Shown piece after piece: positions 1 through 8,922 of a stretch of DNA of 61,444 bases (positions are counted from its first letter, which is position 1; the number at the start of each line of letters is the position of its first letter). Position numbers and translations under genes: made by a program. The DNA is from Acidimicrobiia bacterium (GTDB taxonomy: Bacteria; Actinomycetota; Acidimicrobiia; Spongiisociales; JAHEDJ01), in assembly GCA_029210695.1 (NCBI GenBank), contig JARGFH010000002.1:62001-123444 (forward strand), read 5' to 3'. A model generated the notes under the pieces. The model was not told the origin of the DNA, did not search any database, and saw only the letters and a list, made by a program, of their open reading frames with translations.

Positions 1-70
1 TCATCGCCAGGGCCAACCGGAAGGCGACGCCGACCAGACCTCCGACGAAGCGCAACGGCCAGGTGATCAT
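1..70 (-). CDS. N-terminus of a probable membrane protein, truncated by the window edge
   Basis: ATG at 70-68 overlaps the TGA of the upstream DUF4097 gene (ATGA coupling); reads MITWPLRFVGGLVGVAFRLALAM, hydrophobic. Confidence 0.5.
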   Translation of the reverse strand, partial: MITWPLRFVGGLVGVAFRLALAM

Positions 71-837
71 GCTCGGTCCAACCGCACGTCACCGGACACC
101 GATCGAAAGCGAATCGACACCGATTCCCCTCCCTCGCCATCCACCGACTCGCGCCGATCTTGCGGCAAGTGCACTGATCCGGTCATCGTCTGCAGATCCA
201 CCTCGACTTTGCGACCGGCAGGAACACCGAGAGTCAGGTCGCCCGACACCGTCTTGCAGTCGATCTCTCCACCGAGGAACCGGGCGATGTCGACGTCACC
301 GGACGCGGTCTTGAGCCTCACATCCCCCGAGACCTTCCCGATCTCGATATCACCTGAGGCTGTCGAGATCGTGCAGTGACGCCCGACGCTGTGAATTCCG
401 ATATCCCCTGAAGCGGTAGTTATCTGCACCCTGCCGCCCACGTGATCGACGTCGACATCACCAGAGGCAGTCTTCAAAGTGAAGTCGCGTTCGATGCTTC
501 TGGCCTTCACATCGCCGGATGCTGCCGAAACTCGCAAATCGCCGATGGGACACATCACGTCTACATCGGCAGACGCGACCGACGTATCGACTTCCGCGTC
601 CGCCGGCACCCGCAGCGAAACACGATGCGAACCGCCGAACAAACCTCGCTCGGACGACTGGCGAACGGATATTCCGTCACCGTATTGCTCAACCGTGAAG
701 CCGTCGGCGTTTTTACCGTCGACTCTCACCTCGACGCCACCTTCGTCGTGCCCTTCGATCATGATTCGGCCTGAGCTGATACGTACTTCGATGCGGGGAC
801 GCCCCCCGACCTGGAAAAACTCGCGCCGTTCGCTCAT
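67..837 (-). CDS. DUF4097 family beta-strand repeat protein
   Basis: Repeated TASGD(V/I)/SVSGD beta-repeat motifs. Confidence 0.85.
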   Translation of the reverse strand: MSERREFFQVGGRPRIEVRISSGRIMIEGHDEGGVEVRVDGKNADGFTVEQYGDGISVRQSSERGLFGGSHRVSLRVPADAEVDTSVASADVDVMCPIGDLRVSAASGDVKARSIERDFTLKTASGDVDVDHVGGRVQITTASGDIGIHSVGRHCTISTASGDIEIGKVSGDVRLKTASGDVDIARFLGGEIDCKTVSGDLTLGVPAGRKVEVDLQTMTGSVHLPQDRRESVDGEGGESVSIRFRSVSGDVRLDRA

Positions 838-1283
838 AACTCGAAGCTCCCTGTGACTTTCCCACCGCGCTCGGTCCGCTTTCGTGCCTTAGACGACAAG
901 GCCTTGACGACCCAGGTGTTGACCGAGTCGCCGGACTGGCCGGCGTTCTCTTCGACCAGATCTTTGAGAAGCTCCGGGAGCCGCAATGTCAGACGGGCTT
1001 CATAGTCCCCGGGGGTCATCTCTCCACCGTCACCGTCGACGGCTCGAACGCGCAGTGCGGGGTCACCATCGACGAGCACAACCTCGACCTCGTAGTCGGG
1101 CAGTTGCGCGCCAACTTCATGTGCTGCCTGCTCGGCTAGGTCGATGGCGAGTTGCTTCATCGATGGCTCGATGGCAACCAGCACGGCCATGGCGGCGGCC
1201 TCGACGGTTGGATCACCACCTCCAATCGCGACCTGCTGTGCGACCGCCTGCTCCAGCGCGGCAACGGCTGCCGTGATGTTCAC
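834..1283 (-). CDS. Ribbon-helix-helix (HicB-like C-terminal) DNA-binding protein
   Basis: ARLTLRLPELLK..VE..A...GDSVNTWVV RHH signature; typical actinobacterial partner of DUF4097 genes. Confidence 0.7.
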   Translation of the reverse strand: MNITAAVAALEQAVAQQVAIGGGDPTVEAAAMAVLVAIEPSMKQLAIDLAEQAAHEVGAQLPDYEVEVVLVDGDPALRVRAVDGDGGEMTPGDYEARLTLRLPELLKDLVEENAGQSGDSVNTWVVKALSSKARKRTERGGKVTGSFEL

Positions 1284-1396
1284 TTCTTCCCCTTCTCACG
1301 ATGCTCCCAGCGGCGCTGCGACGGGCGAAAACTGCGCATGAGCTCTCCACTGTGAATGCGGTGATATTCCATTCCCATGATTGGTGTGGTCAACAT
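1280..1396 (-). CDS. Putative 38-aa small protein (MLTTPIMGMEYHRIHSGELMRSFRPSQRRWEHREKGKK)
   Basis: GAGAGGA RBS upstream; its TGA overlaps the GTG start of the RHH gene (GTGA); below the ORF-track length cutoff. Confidence 0.55.
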   Translation of the reverse strand: MLTTPIMGMEYHRIHSGELMRSFRPSQRRWEHREKGKK

Positions 1397-1417
1397 CTCT
1401 CGGTCCTCTCTTCGGGG

Positions 1418-1456
1418 TGACAGCACTATGATGTCATAATAATGTCACGCTGTCAA
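1418..1456 (-). promoter_or_regulatory. Promoter/operator of the small ORF-RHH-DUF4097 operon
   Basis: TTGACA -35 on the minus strand; inverted TGACAGC...GCTGTCA plus two ATGTCA direct repeats. Confidence 0.55.
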
Positions 1457-1493
1457 GAGGTCGACGCGAAATGCTTTTCACCTTCCGAGGCGC

Positions 1494-2129
1494 CTAGATG
1501 AGCTTCCGGTCTTGCGCCCAACGACTCAGCTCGTGCCGATTGGTTAGCTGCAGTTTGCGAAGAACGGATGAGACGTGTGTTTCCACGGTCTTCACCGAGA
1601 TGAAGAGCTGCTCTCCGATTTCCCGATAGGTGTAGCCGCGTGCGATGTGCTGGAGCACCTCGCGTTCGCGGGGGGTCAACTGGTCGAGATCGGGATCGAT
1701 GTCAGCGATGGGGATCGAGCTGAAGGCGTCCAGCACAAACCCCGCCAGCATGGGCGAGAAGACGGCATCCCCTGCCGCCACCCGCCGGATCGCCTCCGAC
1801 AACTCGGATGGGGAGATGGTCTTGGTGACGTAGCCTCGTGCGCCTGCCCTGACCACCGCAACGACATCCTCCGCCGCGTCCGAGGCGGACAAGGCGAGGA
1901 AAGCAACTTCGGGGTGGTTCGGGGCGATCGCCTCGATCACGGCTCTCCCCCCGCCGGCCGGCATGTGTACGTCCAGGAGCACAACGTCCGGAAGGCGTTC
2001 GCCGATCAACTCTATCGCCGGCGCGACTTCGGAGGCCTCCCCGACTATCTCGATGCCTTCGCCGATCTCGGCGCGAACACCCGACCTGAAGAGATCATGA
2101 TCGTCCACGATGAACACCCGCACCGTCAT
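1494..2129 (-). CDS. NarL/LuxR family response regulator
   Basis: VDDH...LLDVHMP receiver domain; LTPREREVL...ISVKTVETH LuxR HTH. Confidence 0.95.
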   Translation of the reverse strand: MTVRVFIVDDHDLFRSGVRAEIGEGIEIVGEASEVAPAIELIGERLPDVVLLDVHMPAGGGRAVIEAIAPNHPEVAFLALSASDAAEDVVAVVRAGARGYVTKTISPSELSEAIRRVAAGDAVFSPMLAGFVLDAFSSIPIADIDPDLDQLTPREREVLQHIARGYTYREIGEQLFISVKTVETHVSSVLRKLQLTNRHELSRWAQDRKLI

Positions 2130-3256
2130 ACTGGAACCTCCTGTTCGAGAACCACTTCGGTGCCGGCACCCGGACTCGAGCGGATTTGGGCGGTGCCGCC
2201 GTGCCTTTCCATCCGACGCACGATCGACTCGACGATGCCCTTGCGGTCTTTCGGAACAGTCTCCGGATCGAATCCCGTTCCCCGGTCCCGAACGAAGATG
2301 CTGGCAAAACCGTCGCAGACCTCCGCATAGACAGAGAACTCTTCGACACCGGCATGTCGTGCCGCGTTGATGCTCGCCTCGCGGCCGGCTTTCACGAGCG
2401 CCTCGAGGCTGGGACTCAGAGCGGCGTCTCCGACCACGACCGTCTGAATGAGAACGCGGAACAACTCCTCAACTTCCGCCGTCATCGTGCGCACTGCGGC
2501 CGAGAAGCTGTCATCTGGCCTGGCACCGTCGCCGAACAGCCAGGCACGCAGCTCCCGCTCCTGCCGGCGGGCCAGCGCAGCAGTCTGTTCGGGCTTGTCT
2601 GTGCGCTGGATCATCGCCAATGTCTGAAGGACCGAGTCGTGCAGATGGGCGGCCATATCGGCTCGCTCCTCGGCGCGTGCTCGCGAGGCGCGCTCTTCGA
2701 CGAGGGCATCCTCGGCGTCCCTCCGCAGCCGATCGCTTCGTCGAATCACCCCGACCGCCCAGCCGGCCAGGACTCCACCAAACAGGTAGATGAGCACGGC
2801 GGCCGAATCATTTGTGGGATCCGACCCGGTTGACTGGATGAGCCTGAGAATGGTGGCCGCCGACAGGGCTGTCGCAGTTGCCAGTCCCCCGGCGACGGCG
2901 AAGGTATAGACGCCCATGAACACGGATGACATCGGGTAGCCGCCGTAGAAGGTCGCCGTCATGCCGGCCACGTCACTGCTGAAGAGCGACCAGACCGTAA
3001 CGCCCACGTCGGCGACCAGCCACCACCAACTTCGCAATACGCCGGGGCGGCTCCCGTGCAACCATCCGGTGAGGAGAGCCCATGCCCCAACTCCCAGCAT
3101 CGTGGCAACAACAACGCTCGGTCTGTCCGGTCGAGCCGAACCCGCCAGTGTGATGACTCCGAGAACGGCGAGCCATGCCGCTCCGACGATCCGATAGCCG
3201 ACCACCACGCGTCCGAGCACACGCTCGATCTCAGGAGTGCCGGCGGTGTCGCTCAT
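2126..3256 (-). CDS. Membrane sensor histidine kinase (HisKA_3-like)
   Basis: Multiple TM segments; AAHLHDSVLQTL H-box; NAARH, DRGTGF and GAGT ATPase motifs; coupled to the response regulator. Confidence 0.92.
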   Translation of the reverse strand: MSDTAGTPEIERVLGRVVVGYRIVGAAWLAVLGVITLAGSARPDRPSVVVATMLGVGAWALLTGWLHGSRPGVLRSWWWLVADVGVTVWSLFSSDVAGMTATFYGGYPMSSVFMGVYTFAVAGGLATATALSAATILRLIQSTGSDPTNDSAAVLIYLFGGVLAGWAVGVIRRSDRLRRDAEDALVEERASRARAEERADMAAHLHDSVLQTLAMIQRTDKPEQTAALARRQERELRAWLFGDGARPDDSFSAAVRTMTAEVEELFRVLIQTVVVGDAALSPSLEALVKAGREASINAARHAGVEEFSVYAEVCDGFASIFVRDRGTGFDPETVPKDRKGIVESIVRRMERHGGTAQIRSSPGAGTEVVLEQEVPV

Positions 3257-3328
3257 GCGGCGCAGGCTAACCGCCGCCCCGAGCGCGGACGCGCCTTGAC
3301 GGAGCGGGTATTGACTAGCGTTGTGCCG

Positions 3329-3601
3329 ATGACCGAGCGACTATCCCCCGCTGCCATCATCTTCGCCGTCGTCGGAGCGGGCATTCACCTCGTTATGGGT
3401 TTCTTCGTCGCGTTCAGCGGGCTGATCGCCCCGCCCTGGGGAGTTGCAGTACTGGCAGCCACCTGGTTGGGCTTGACCGTGTGGGGAATACGACGGTGGC
3501 GGCAGGGACCGAGGATCACGATGGGTCTACCGCTGTTGATGGTGGCGTTCTGGTTCGTGTTCCTCACCTTCGGCGATCTGGTGCTGGGCTGGACCGCCTG
3601 A
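3329..3601 (+). CDS. Small integral membrane protein
   Basis: ATG 3329 preceded by TAGCGT -10 (leaderless); three hydrophobic segments. Confidence 0.65.
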   Translation: MTERLSPAAIIFAVVGAGIHLVMGFFVAFSGLIAPPWGVAVLAATWLGLTVWGIRRWRQGPRITMGLPLLMVAFWFVFLTFGDLVLGWTA

Positions 3602-3610
3602 CCTACTGTG

Positions 3611-3720
3611 TTCTCCGCAATGCCGTGGTGCAAAAACAGTACACAGCATTGCCGAGAAAACCCGCGGAGCTTTCTCCGCAATGCTGTGGTGCGAAAACAG
3701 GTAACAGCATTGCCGAGAAA
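3611..3720. repeat. Two tandem ~50-bp palindromic REP-like units
   Basis: TTCTCCGCAATGC(C/T)GT-loop-ACAGCATTGCCGAGAA at 3611-3658 and 3671-3720, between convergent genes. Confidence 0.75.
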
Positions 3721-3727
3721 ACCCGGG

Positions 3728-5581
3728 TCAGGCTCGTTCTACGACCTCATACAGCGTCGTCCGCTGCTGTGGTGAACGACCGGCCGCTCGAATCATCGTC
3801 TCGAACTCACCGGTCGTCATCTCCTCACCATGCGAGGCCCCGGCCGATCGGGTGATGATCTCCCCCATCAGCGTTCCACCGGCGTCGTTGGCCCCGGCGT
3901 TCAGCAACCGGCCGACTCCGTCGGTCCCGAGCTTGACCCACGACGCCTGGATGTTGGGGATCAGCCCATCGAAGGCGATCCGCGCCACCGAATGAATCAG
4001 GACCACCTCGTCCCACGTTGGTCCCGGCCGAGCGCGGCCGCGCAACCAGATCGGCGACCCCATATGCACGAACGGCAGCGGCACGAACTCGGTGAACCCA
4101 CCCGTCCTACGCTGGATCTCCCGGATCACCTCGTAGTGGTTGGCCCAGGAGTCCGGACCGTCGATGTGCCCGAACATGACCGTCGCCGTCGAGCGCAGAC
4201 CGATCTCGTGGGCGGTCAGCATCACTTCTGCCCATTCGGCTGTCCGGATCTTGTCCGGGCAGAGATGCTCTCGCACGCGGTCGTCGAGGATCTCTGCCGC
4301 CGTGCCGGGCAGCGTCCCGAGCCCGGCTTCGCGCAGTCGCACCAGATAGTCCCTCAGGTCGACTCCGAGCGTCTCTGCTCCCTGCCAGACCTCGAGCGGC
4401 GTGAAACCGTGGATATGCATGGCCGGCATCCGCGCTTTGATGGCTTCCACCACCTCGACGTAGAAATCGCCGGTGTAGTCCGGGTGAATCCCGCCCTGTA
4501 GTGTCACCTCGGTAGCTCCGCGCTCCGTCGCCAACTCGGCGAGGTGAACAATCTGCTCCACCGACATCAGGTACGGATCGCCGCGCAGGCTCAAGCTGCG
4601 CGGACCTTTCGAGAAAGCACAAAAACCGCAACGGAAGTAGCAGAGATTCGTGTAGTTGATGTTGCGATTGACGACATAAGTCACGGTGTCGCCCACCGCC
4701 CGGCTACGAAGCGCGTCGGCCACGCCGGCGACGGCATCAACCTGACCGCTCCTGGCCCGAAACAGCAACTCGATTTCGTCGCGCGAGGGAGCGCTACCCT
4801 CGAGCGACCGTTCGAGGATCGGCCGCAAAGGACCGGCATCCTCCAATCCCTCCGCCGCAGCCGAACCGACCCAGGCGGCGTCCGGCCACTGCGCGGAGAA
4901 CCGGTTGTCGGGCGACGGTACACCTTCGCCCTTCCCGGGTGACCAGGAGTAACGCGGCCGGATGGCACCCCGCCCGTCGACCTGGTTCAGCCAGGCAGTC
5001 AATACCTCTTCCGGCAGTTGCGTGCGTGCCCCCTCGAGTTCGGTGTCGATCGGGAAGGCCCCGCGCTCGATGACTTCTCCCACAGCATCTCGTAGCTCAC
5101 CGATCCGCTCCGCACCCCAGTCCCGCAAGAGGAGATCGGTGGCGCCGTCGGCGATCGCTTTGACTGCTTCCTCGACGCTGTCGACAAACACAGAGACCGC
5201 AGCCTCGATTCCCGGCAACCCGGTCAGGGAGGCGGCGGCACGAACCGCCGAACGCGCGGTCCTCAGAAACGCCGCTCGGCTCCTGGCGAGACCGTCGAGC
5301 ACCTCGGATCGAGATCCTTCGTCGAGAACCGTGATGCGCCACCCGGCTACCCCGAGTTCCGCCAGGCGAATCGCCTGACCGGGTGTGGCGATCCAAGCGG
5401 CCGGGGCTCCGTCGGTCCCTCCGGCCTCGACGGGAAGGATTCCTCCTTCGAGGCAGGCCGCCCGATCATCATCGCGGATAGCCTTGATTTCCAGTGTTGT
5501 GGTGCCTTCGCGCCGCCGGGTGCCGGCAAACAAACCGGAGACCGACTCGGCAGGGCGAACCCGACAGAATGAGATGGTCAT
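3728..5581 (-). CDS. cofH: FO synthase subunit CofH with long N-terminal extension
   Basis: VTYVVNRNINYTNLCYFRCGFCAF radical-SAM motif; LQGGIHP, PGTAAEILDD, NIQASWVKLG, NDAGGTLMGE. Confidence 0.9.
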   Translation of the reverse strand: MTISFCRVRPAESVSGLFAGTRRREGTTTLEIKAIRDDDRAACLEGGILPVEAGGTDGAPAAWIATPGQAIRLAELGVAGWRITVLDEGSRSEVLDGLARSRAAFLRTARSAVRAAASLTGLPGIEAAVSVFVDSVEEAVKAIADGATDLLLRDWGAERIGELRDAVGEVIERGAFPIDTELEGARTQLPEEVLTAWLNQVDGRGAIRPRYSWSPGKGEGVPSPDNRFSAQWPDAAWVGSAAAEGLEDAGPLRPILERSLEGSAPSRDEIELLFRARSGQVDAVAGVADALRSRAVGDTVTYVVNRNINYTNLCYFRCGFCAFSKGPRSLSLRGDPYLMSVEQIVHLAELATERGATEVTLQGGIHPDYTGDFYVEVVEAIKARMPAMHIHGFTPLEVWQGAETLGVDLRDYLVRLREAGLGTLPGTAAEILDDRVREHLCPDKIRTAEWAEVMLTAHEIGLRSTATVMFGHIDGPDSWANHYEVIREIQRRTGGFTEFVPLPFVHMGSPIWLRGRARPGPTWDEVVLIHSVARIAFDGLIPNIQASWVKLGTDGVGRLLNAGANDAGGTLMGEIITRSAGASHGEEMTTGEFETMIRAAGRSPQQRTTLYEVVERA

Positions 5582-6714
5582 GACCCGACTCCCTCGTGAA
5601 TCGCCGCGTAGCCTGCCTCGTCGGACGCATTAGCAACCTTGGCCAGCATGGCAGGATCGAGCCACTCATCGTCGATGAACTCCGGATAGACCGGTAGCCG
5701 GGGACTGAGCTCGAACCCTGCTCTCTCCGTGCGACGCCTCAACTCTGCGAGGTGCGGCCACGGTTGTTCGGGATTGACCCAGTCGATCGTCAACGGCGAA
5801 ACACCACCCCAGTCGTTGATTCCGGCAGCCAGATACGTTTCGTAGTTCTCCGTCAGATTCGGGGGTACTTGCACATTCATTTCCGGACCAAACAACCAAC
5901 GGGTGACGGCGACCACCCTGGCGAAGTAGGCGGGAACAGGCTCCGGGCTGCCCTTCATGCGGGTGTCTGCCTTCGCCCGAAAGTTTTGGACGATGATCTC
6001 TTGAATGTGACCGAATCGCCGGTGCAGATGATCGAGAGCGACGAGCGAGTCGACGATTTCGCGATTCGTCTCACCGATTCCCACCAGAATTCCCGACGTG
6101 AAAGGAACCCTGGCCATACCGGCTGATTCGATCGTCGCCACTCGCCGGGCCGGATCCTTGTCCGGGCAGTCGAAGTGCGGCATGCCCGGCTCCAATAGCC
6201 GGGACGAGATGTTCTCGAGCATGAGACCCATCGAAGGGTTGGATGGACGAAGCTTGCGGATCGCAGCTTCATCCATGAGGCCCGGGTTGGCATGAGGGAA
6301 CAATGCCGTGTCGGACGCAACGAGTTCGGTCATCTCGCGCACGTAGTCAAGTGTCGAATCGAGCCCGCGCCCATCGAGAAACTGCCGGGCCTGATTCCAG
6401 CGGCCCTCCGGTCGGTCGCCGAGGGTGAACAACGCTTCTGTGCAACCGTGTCGTTCGCCGGCCATCGCCACTGCCAGCACTTCGTCCGGTTCGAGATACT
6501 CGCCGCCGGCTCCTGGTGGTTTGGCAAACGTGCAGTAGGTGCAGCGATCCCTGCACAGCGTCGTCAAGGGTATGAATACCTTGCGGCTGTAGGTGATGGT
6601 CTGGCCATGCCCTTCGTCTCGGAGCCGGGCGGCTTCGATGTACAAGGGCGCAGCGTCAACGGATCCGTCGAGATAGCCAGTGGCGAGCTCCGGATCGAAA
6701 GGAGGATGAGGCAT
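5578..6714 (-). CDS. cofG: FO synthase subunit CofG
   Basis: TYSRKVFIPLTTLCRDRCTYCTF; PFTSGILVGIGE; QVPPNL; GINDWGGVSPLT.DWVNPE.PWP. Confidence 0.93.
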   Translation of the reverse strand: MPHPPFDPELATGYLDGSVDAAPLYIEAARLRDEGHGQTITYSRKVFIPLTTLCRDRCTYCTFAKPPGAGGEYLEPDEVLAVAMAGERHGCTEALFTLGDRPEGRWNQARQFLDGRGLDSTLDYVREMTELVASDTALFPHANPGLMDEAAIRKLRPSNPSMGLMLENISSRLLEPGMPHFDCPDKDPARRVATIESAGMARVPFTSGILVGIGETNREIVDSLVALDHLHRRFGHIQEIIVQNFRAKADTRMKGSPEPVPAYFARVVAVTRWLFGPEMNVQVPPNLTENYETYLAAGINDWGGVSPLTIDWVNPEQPWPHLAELRRRTERAGFELSPRLPVYPEFIDDEWLDPAMLAKVANASDEAGYAAIHEGVGS

Positions 6715-6797
6715 GAAGCGCAACGCTAGCGGGCAGATTCAGCAATGGGCGCCTCGTCGCCTCCGACCGTGCTCGGGCGGCGGCTACCCTCACCTCA

Positions 6798-7658
6798 ATG
6801 CGTCTTCGACAACTCGCGCTTCTGATCTCGATCGTCACCACCGCTTGCGGAGGCGCGACAACGGCTGCACCTTCGACGGCACCGGTCACCACGGTCCAGG
6901 CCGGGCCAACGACCACAACGGCGAACAGCACTCCATGTCTGGAGGGAGCAGGCGGCTTCATCGGCGATGGCCCCTTGGGATCGCGAGCCCGGGATGCAGC
7001 GGATGCCGCAACCGTGACCGGGCTCACGCTCACCCCCTACCAAGGGTGCGAGCAGTTGATCGTGGAACTGGCTGCCGCCTCGGGAGCGCCGGCGACGTCC
7101 GTCGGTACCACGAGCGCCGAGTTCATCCGGCCGTTCGGTGTGGTGCGAGTACACCTGGATCCGACTGTCACCGACACCAGTCTTTCGGACATCGTGCTCG
7201 GCGGCACCCTCGCCGACCGGGTCTACGTCGTTCGCGATTTCGACGATTCCCTCTTTGTCGACATTCATCTCACCGATGCTGCAGTCGCACGGTTCTCGGA
7301 AATCTCCAATCCGGCTCGCCTCGTCGTCGACCTGGCACCTGGCGGTTCCGCCGTCCGAACTCCCGAACGGTCCGACTTCGTCGTCGTCATGCCGCTGCCC
7401 GATCCTCTCGCCGCACCAGTCACCATCGAAGGGTACGGACGAACCTTCGAAGCGAATGTGATTCTGCGTGCCCGGCAGGCAGGAGAAATCGTCGCTGAGG
7501 AGTTCACGACGTCCACCGACTACCTGGAGACATGGGGCCGGTTCGAGCTGGCGCTACCGCCTCAGCTCACCGGCGAACTCGAGCTTTTCATCGGAGAGGA
7601 CTCGGCGAGGGACGGGTCGGAACAAGGCGTGCGATTGGCAGTGGCGATAGACGAGTAG
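6798..7658 (+). CDS. Lipoprotein with C-terminal Gmad2 Ig-like domain
   Basis: Signal peptide with lipobox VTTAC; Thr-rich linker; G.GRTFEANV...WGRF motif. Confidence 0.7.
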   Translation: MRLRQLALLISIVTTACGGATTAAPSTAPVTTVQAGPTTTTANSTPCLEGAGGFIGDGPLGSRARDAADAATVTGLTLTPYQGCEQLIVELAAASGAPATSVGTTSAEFIRPFGVVRVHLDPTVTDTSLSDIVLGGTLADRVYVVRDFDDSLFVDIHLTDAAVARFSEISNPARLVVDLAPGGSAVRTPERSDFVVVMPLPDPLAAPVTIEGYGRTFEANVILRARQAGEIVAEEFTTSTDYLETWGRFELALPPQLTGELELFIGEDSARDGSEQGVRLAVAIDE

Positions 7659-7682
7659 CTCGGCGGGCCCGACGCCGGGCTC

Positions 7683-8177
7683 TCAGATGAGACCATCGAT
7701 GGGTCTGATGCGGATGAAGCCTTCGTCGGGCACCACCTCGGGAACCAGTTCGTCCACAAATGGAACTTCAAATGTCCCGCCGGTCGGTGTCCTGACGATG
7801 AGCCTGTCCTGGGCTTCCCCTCCAACAACACCGACGACCTCGCCCAACAGCCCATCATCGCCGTGAACGGCAAGGCCGATGAGATCATCCGGCCAGAACT
7901 CACCGTCCTCCAGCTCGGGACGCCCATCGAATGGAACCACCAGTTCGAGGCCGCGCAGGTCTTCGGCATCGTTGCGAGTGACCACGCCTTCGAAGCCGAT
8001 CAGCAACGTATTCTTGTGTGGCCGTGCGTGAGCAACGACCAGTTGTCGATTGCCGGCGTACATGCCGGAACCCGGTTCGAAATGGCGCGCGTCGCCGAGC
8101 ACATGCACCGAGACCTCTCCCCTGATGCCGTGAGCCCGGCCGATGCGGCCGATGACAGAATCAGTCGACGAATTCAA
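7683..8177 (-). CDS. rimM: 16S rRNA processing protein RimM (start uncertain)
   Basis: IGRIGRAHGIRGEV; EFWPDDLIGL; VPFVDELVPEV; downstream of rpsP-khpA. Confidence 0.9.
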   Translation of the reverse strand: MNSSTDSVIGRIGRAHGIRGEVSVHVLGDARHFEPGSGMYAGNRQLVVAHARPHKNTLLIGFEGVVTRNDAEDLRGLELVVPFDGRPELEDGEFWPDDLIGLAVHGDDGLLGEVVGVVGGEAQDRLIVRTPTGGTFEVPFVDELVPEVVPDEGFIRIRPIDGLI

Positions 8178-8412
8178 CGCCGGCGCGCAGGCCCTCTTCG
8201 TCTGCGGCCGCCTGCGCAAGTGTGCGGATGGCACGAGCTACCCGACCACGGCGGCCGATAACGCGACCCATGTCCGACTTGGCAGTGCGCACTTCGAGAG
8301 TGACCTCTTCCGGCCCATCTTCGATGACAGTGACCTCTACTTGTTCGGCATCGTCCACGATCTCGGACACGACATAGCGGACGACCCGCTCAACGATTTC
8401 TCCCTTGCTCAC
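8161..8412 (-). CDS. khpA: KH-domain RNA-binding protein KhpA
   Basis: DMGRVIGRRGRVARAIRT; conserved rpsP-khpA-rimM order. Confidence 0.9.
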   Translation of the reverse strand: MSKGEIVERVVRYVVSEIVDDAEQVEVTVIEDGPEEVTLEVRTAKSDMGRVIGRRGRVARAIRTLAQAAADEEGLRAGVEFVD

Positions 8413-8918
8413 TCGGAGTCCTTCCCGGTTTCAGCATCGGGTTCCGCCGGTGCTTGCTCTGCCTCAGCGGATTCGTCGACGGCAGGTTCGATGGTTTCAT
8501 CGGCAACGGCATCAGCCACTACTTCGGCGACGTCCGTTTCGGACGCATCCGTTTCGGACGCATCCGTTTCGGACGCATCTGCTTCGGTCACGTCGGCATC
8601 GGCATCGGCTTCTTCGACTGTCGGTGCGGCTTTGGCGCCGACCGTGTAGATCTCACCCTTCGCCACTTTGAAACGTGACCAGGCGCCCGACACTTCGAGC
8701 AGTTTCTGTGCTGTCTCAGTCGGCTGTGCGCCCTTCATCAGCCAGTCGAGCGCCCGATCGTTGTCGATCTCGATCAACGACGGATCTTGACGCGGTTCGT
8801 AGCGGCCGATGGCCTCGATGTAGCGCCCGTCACGCGGCTTGCGGCCGTCCATGACGACGACCCTGTAGACAGGCTGCTTCTTTTTCCCGAACCGCTGAAG
8901 GCGGATCTTCACCGCCAT
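8409..8918 (-). CDS. rpsP: 30S ribosomal protein S16 with acidic C-terminal tail
   Basis: MAVKIRLQRFGKKKQPVYRVVV...GAQPTET. Confidence 0.97.
   Translation of the reverse strand: MAVKIRLQRFGKKKQPVYRVVVMDGRKPRDGRYIEAIGRYEPRQDPSLIEIDNDRALDWLMKGAQPTETAQKLLEVSGAWSRFKVAKGEIYTVGAKAAPTVEEADADADVTEADASETDASETDASETDVAEVVADAVADETIEPAVDESAEAEQAPAEPDAETGKDSE
8533..8577. repeat. 3 x 15-bp in-frame tandem repeat (ASETD) in the S16 tail
   Basis: TCCGTTTCGGACGCA x3. Confidence 0.9.
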
Positions 8919-8922
8919 CTCG

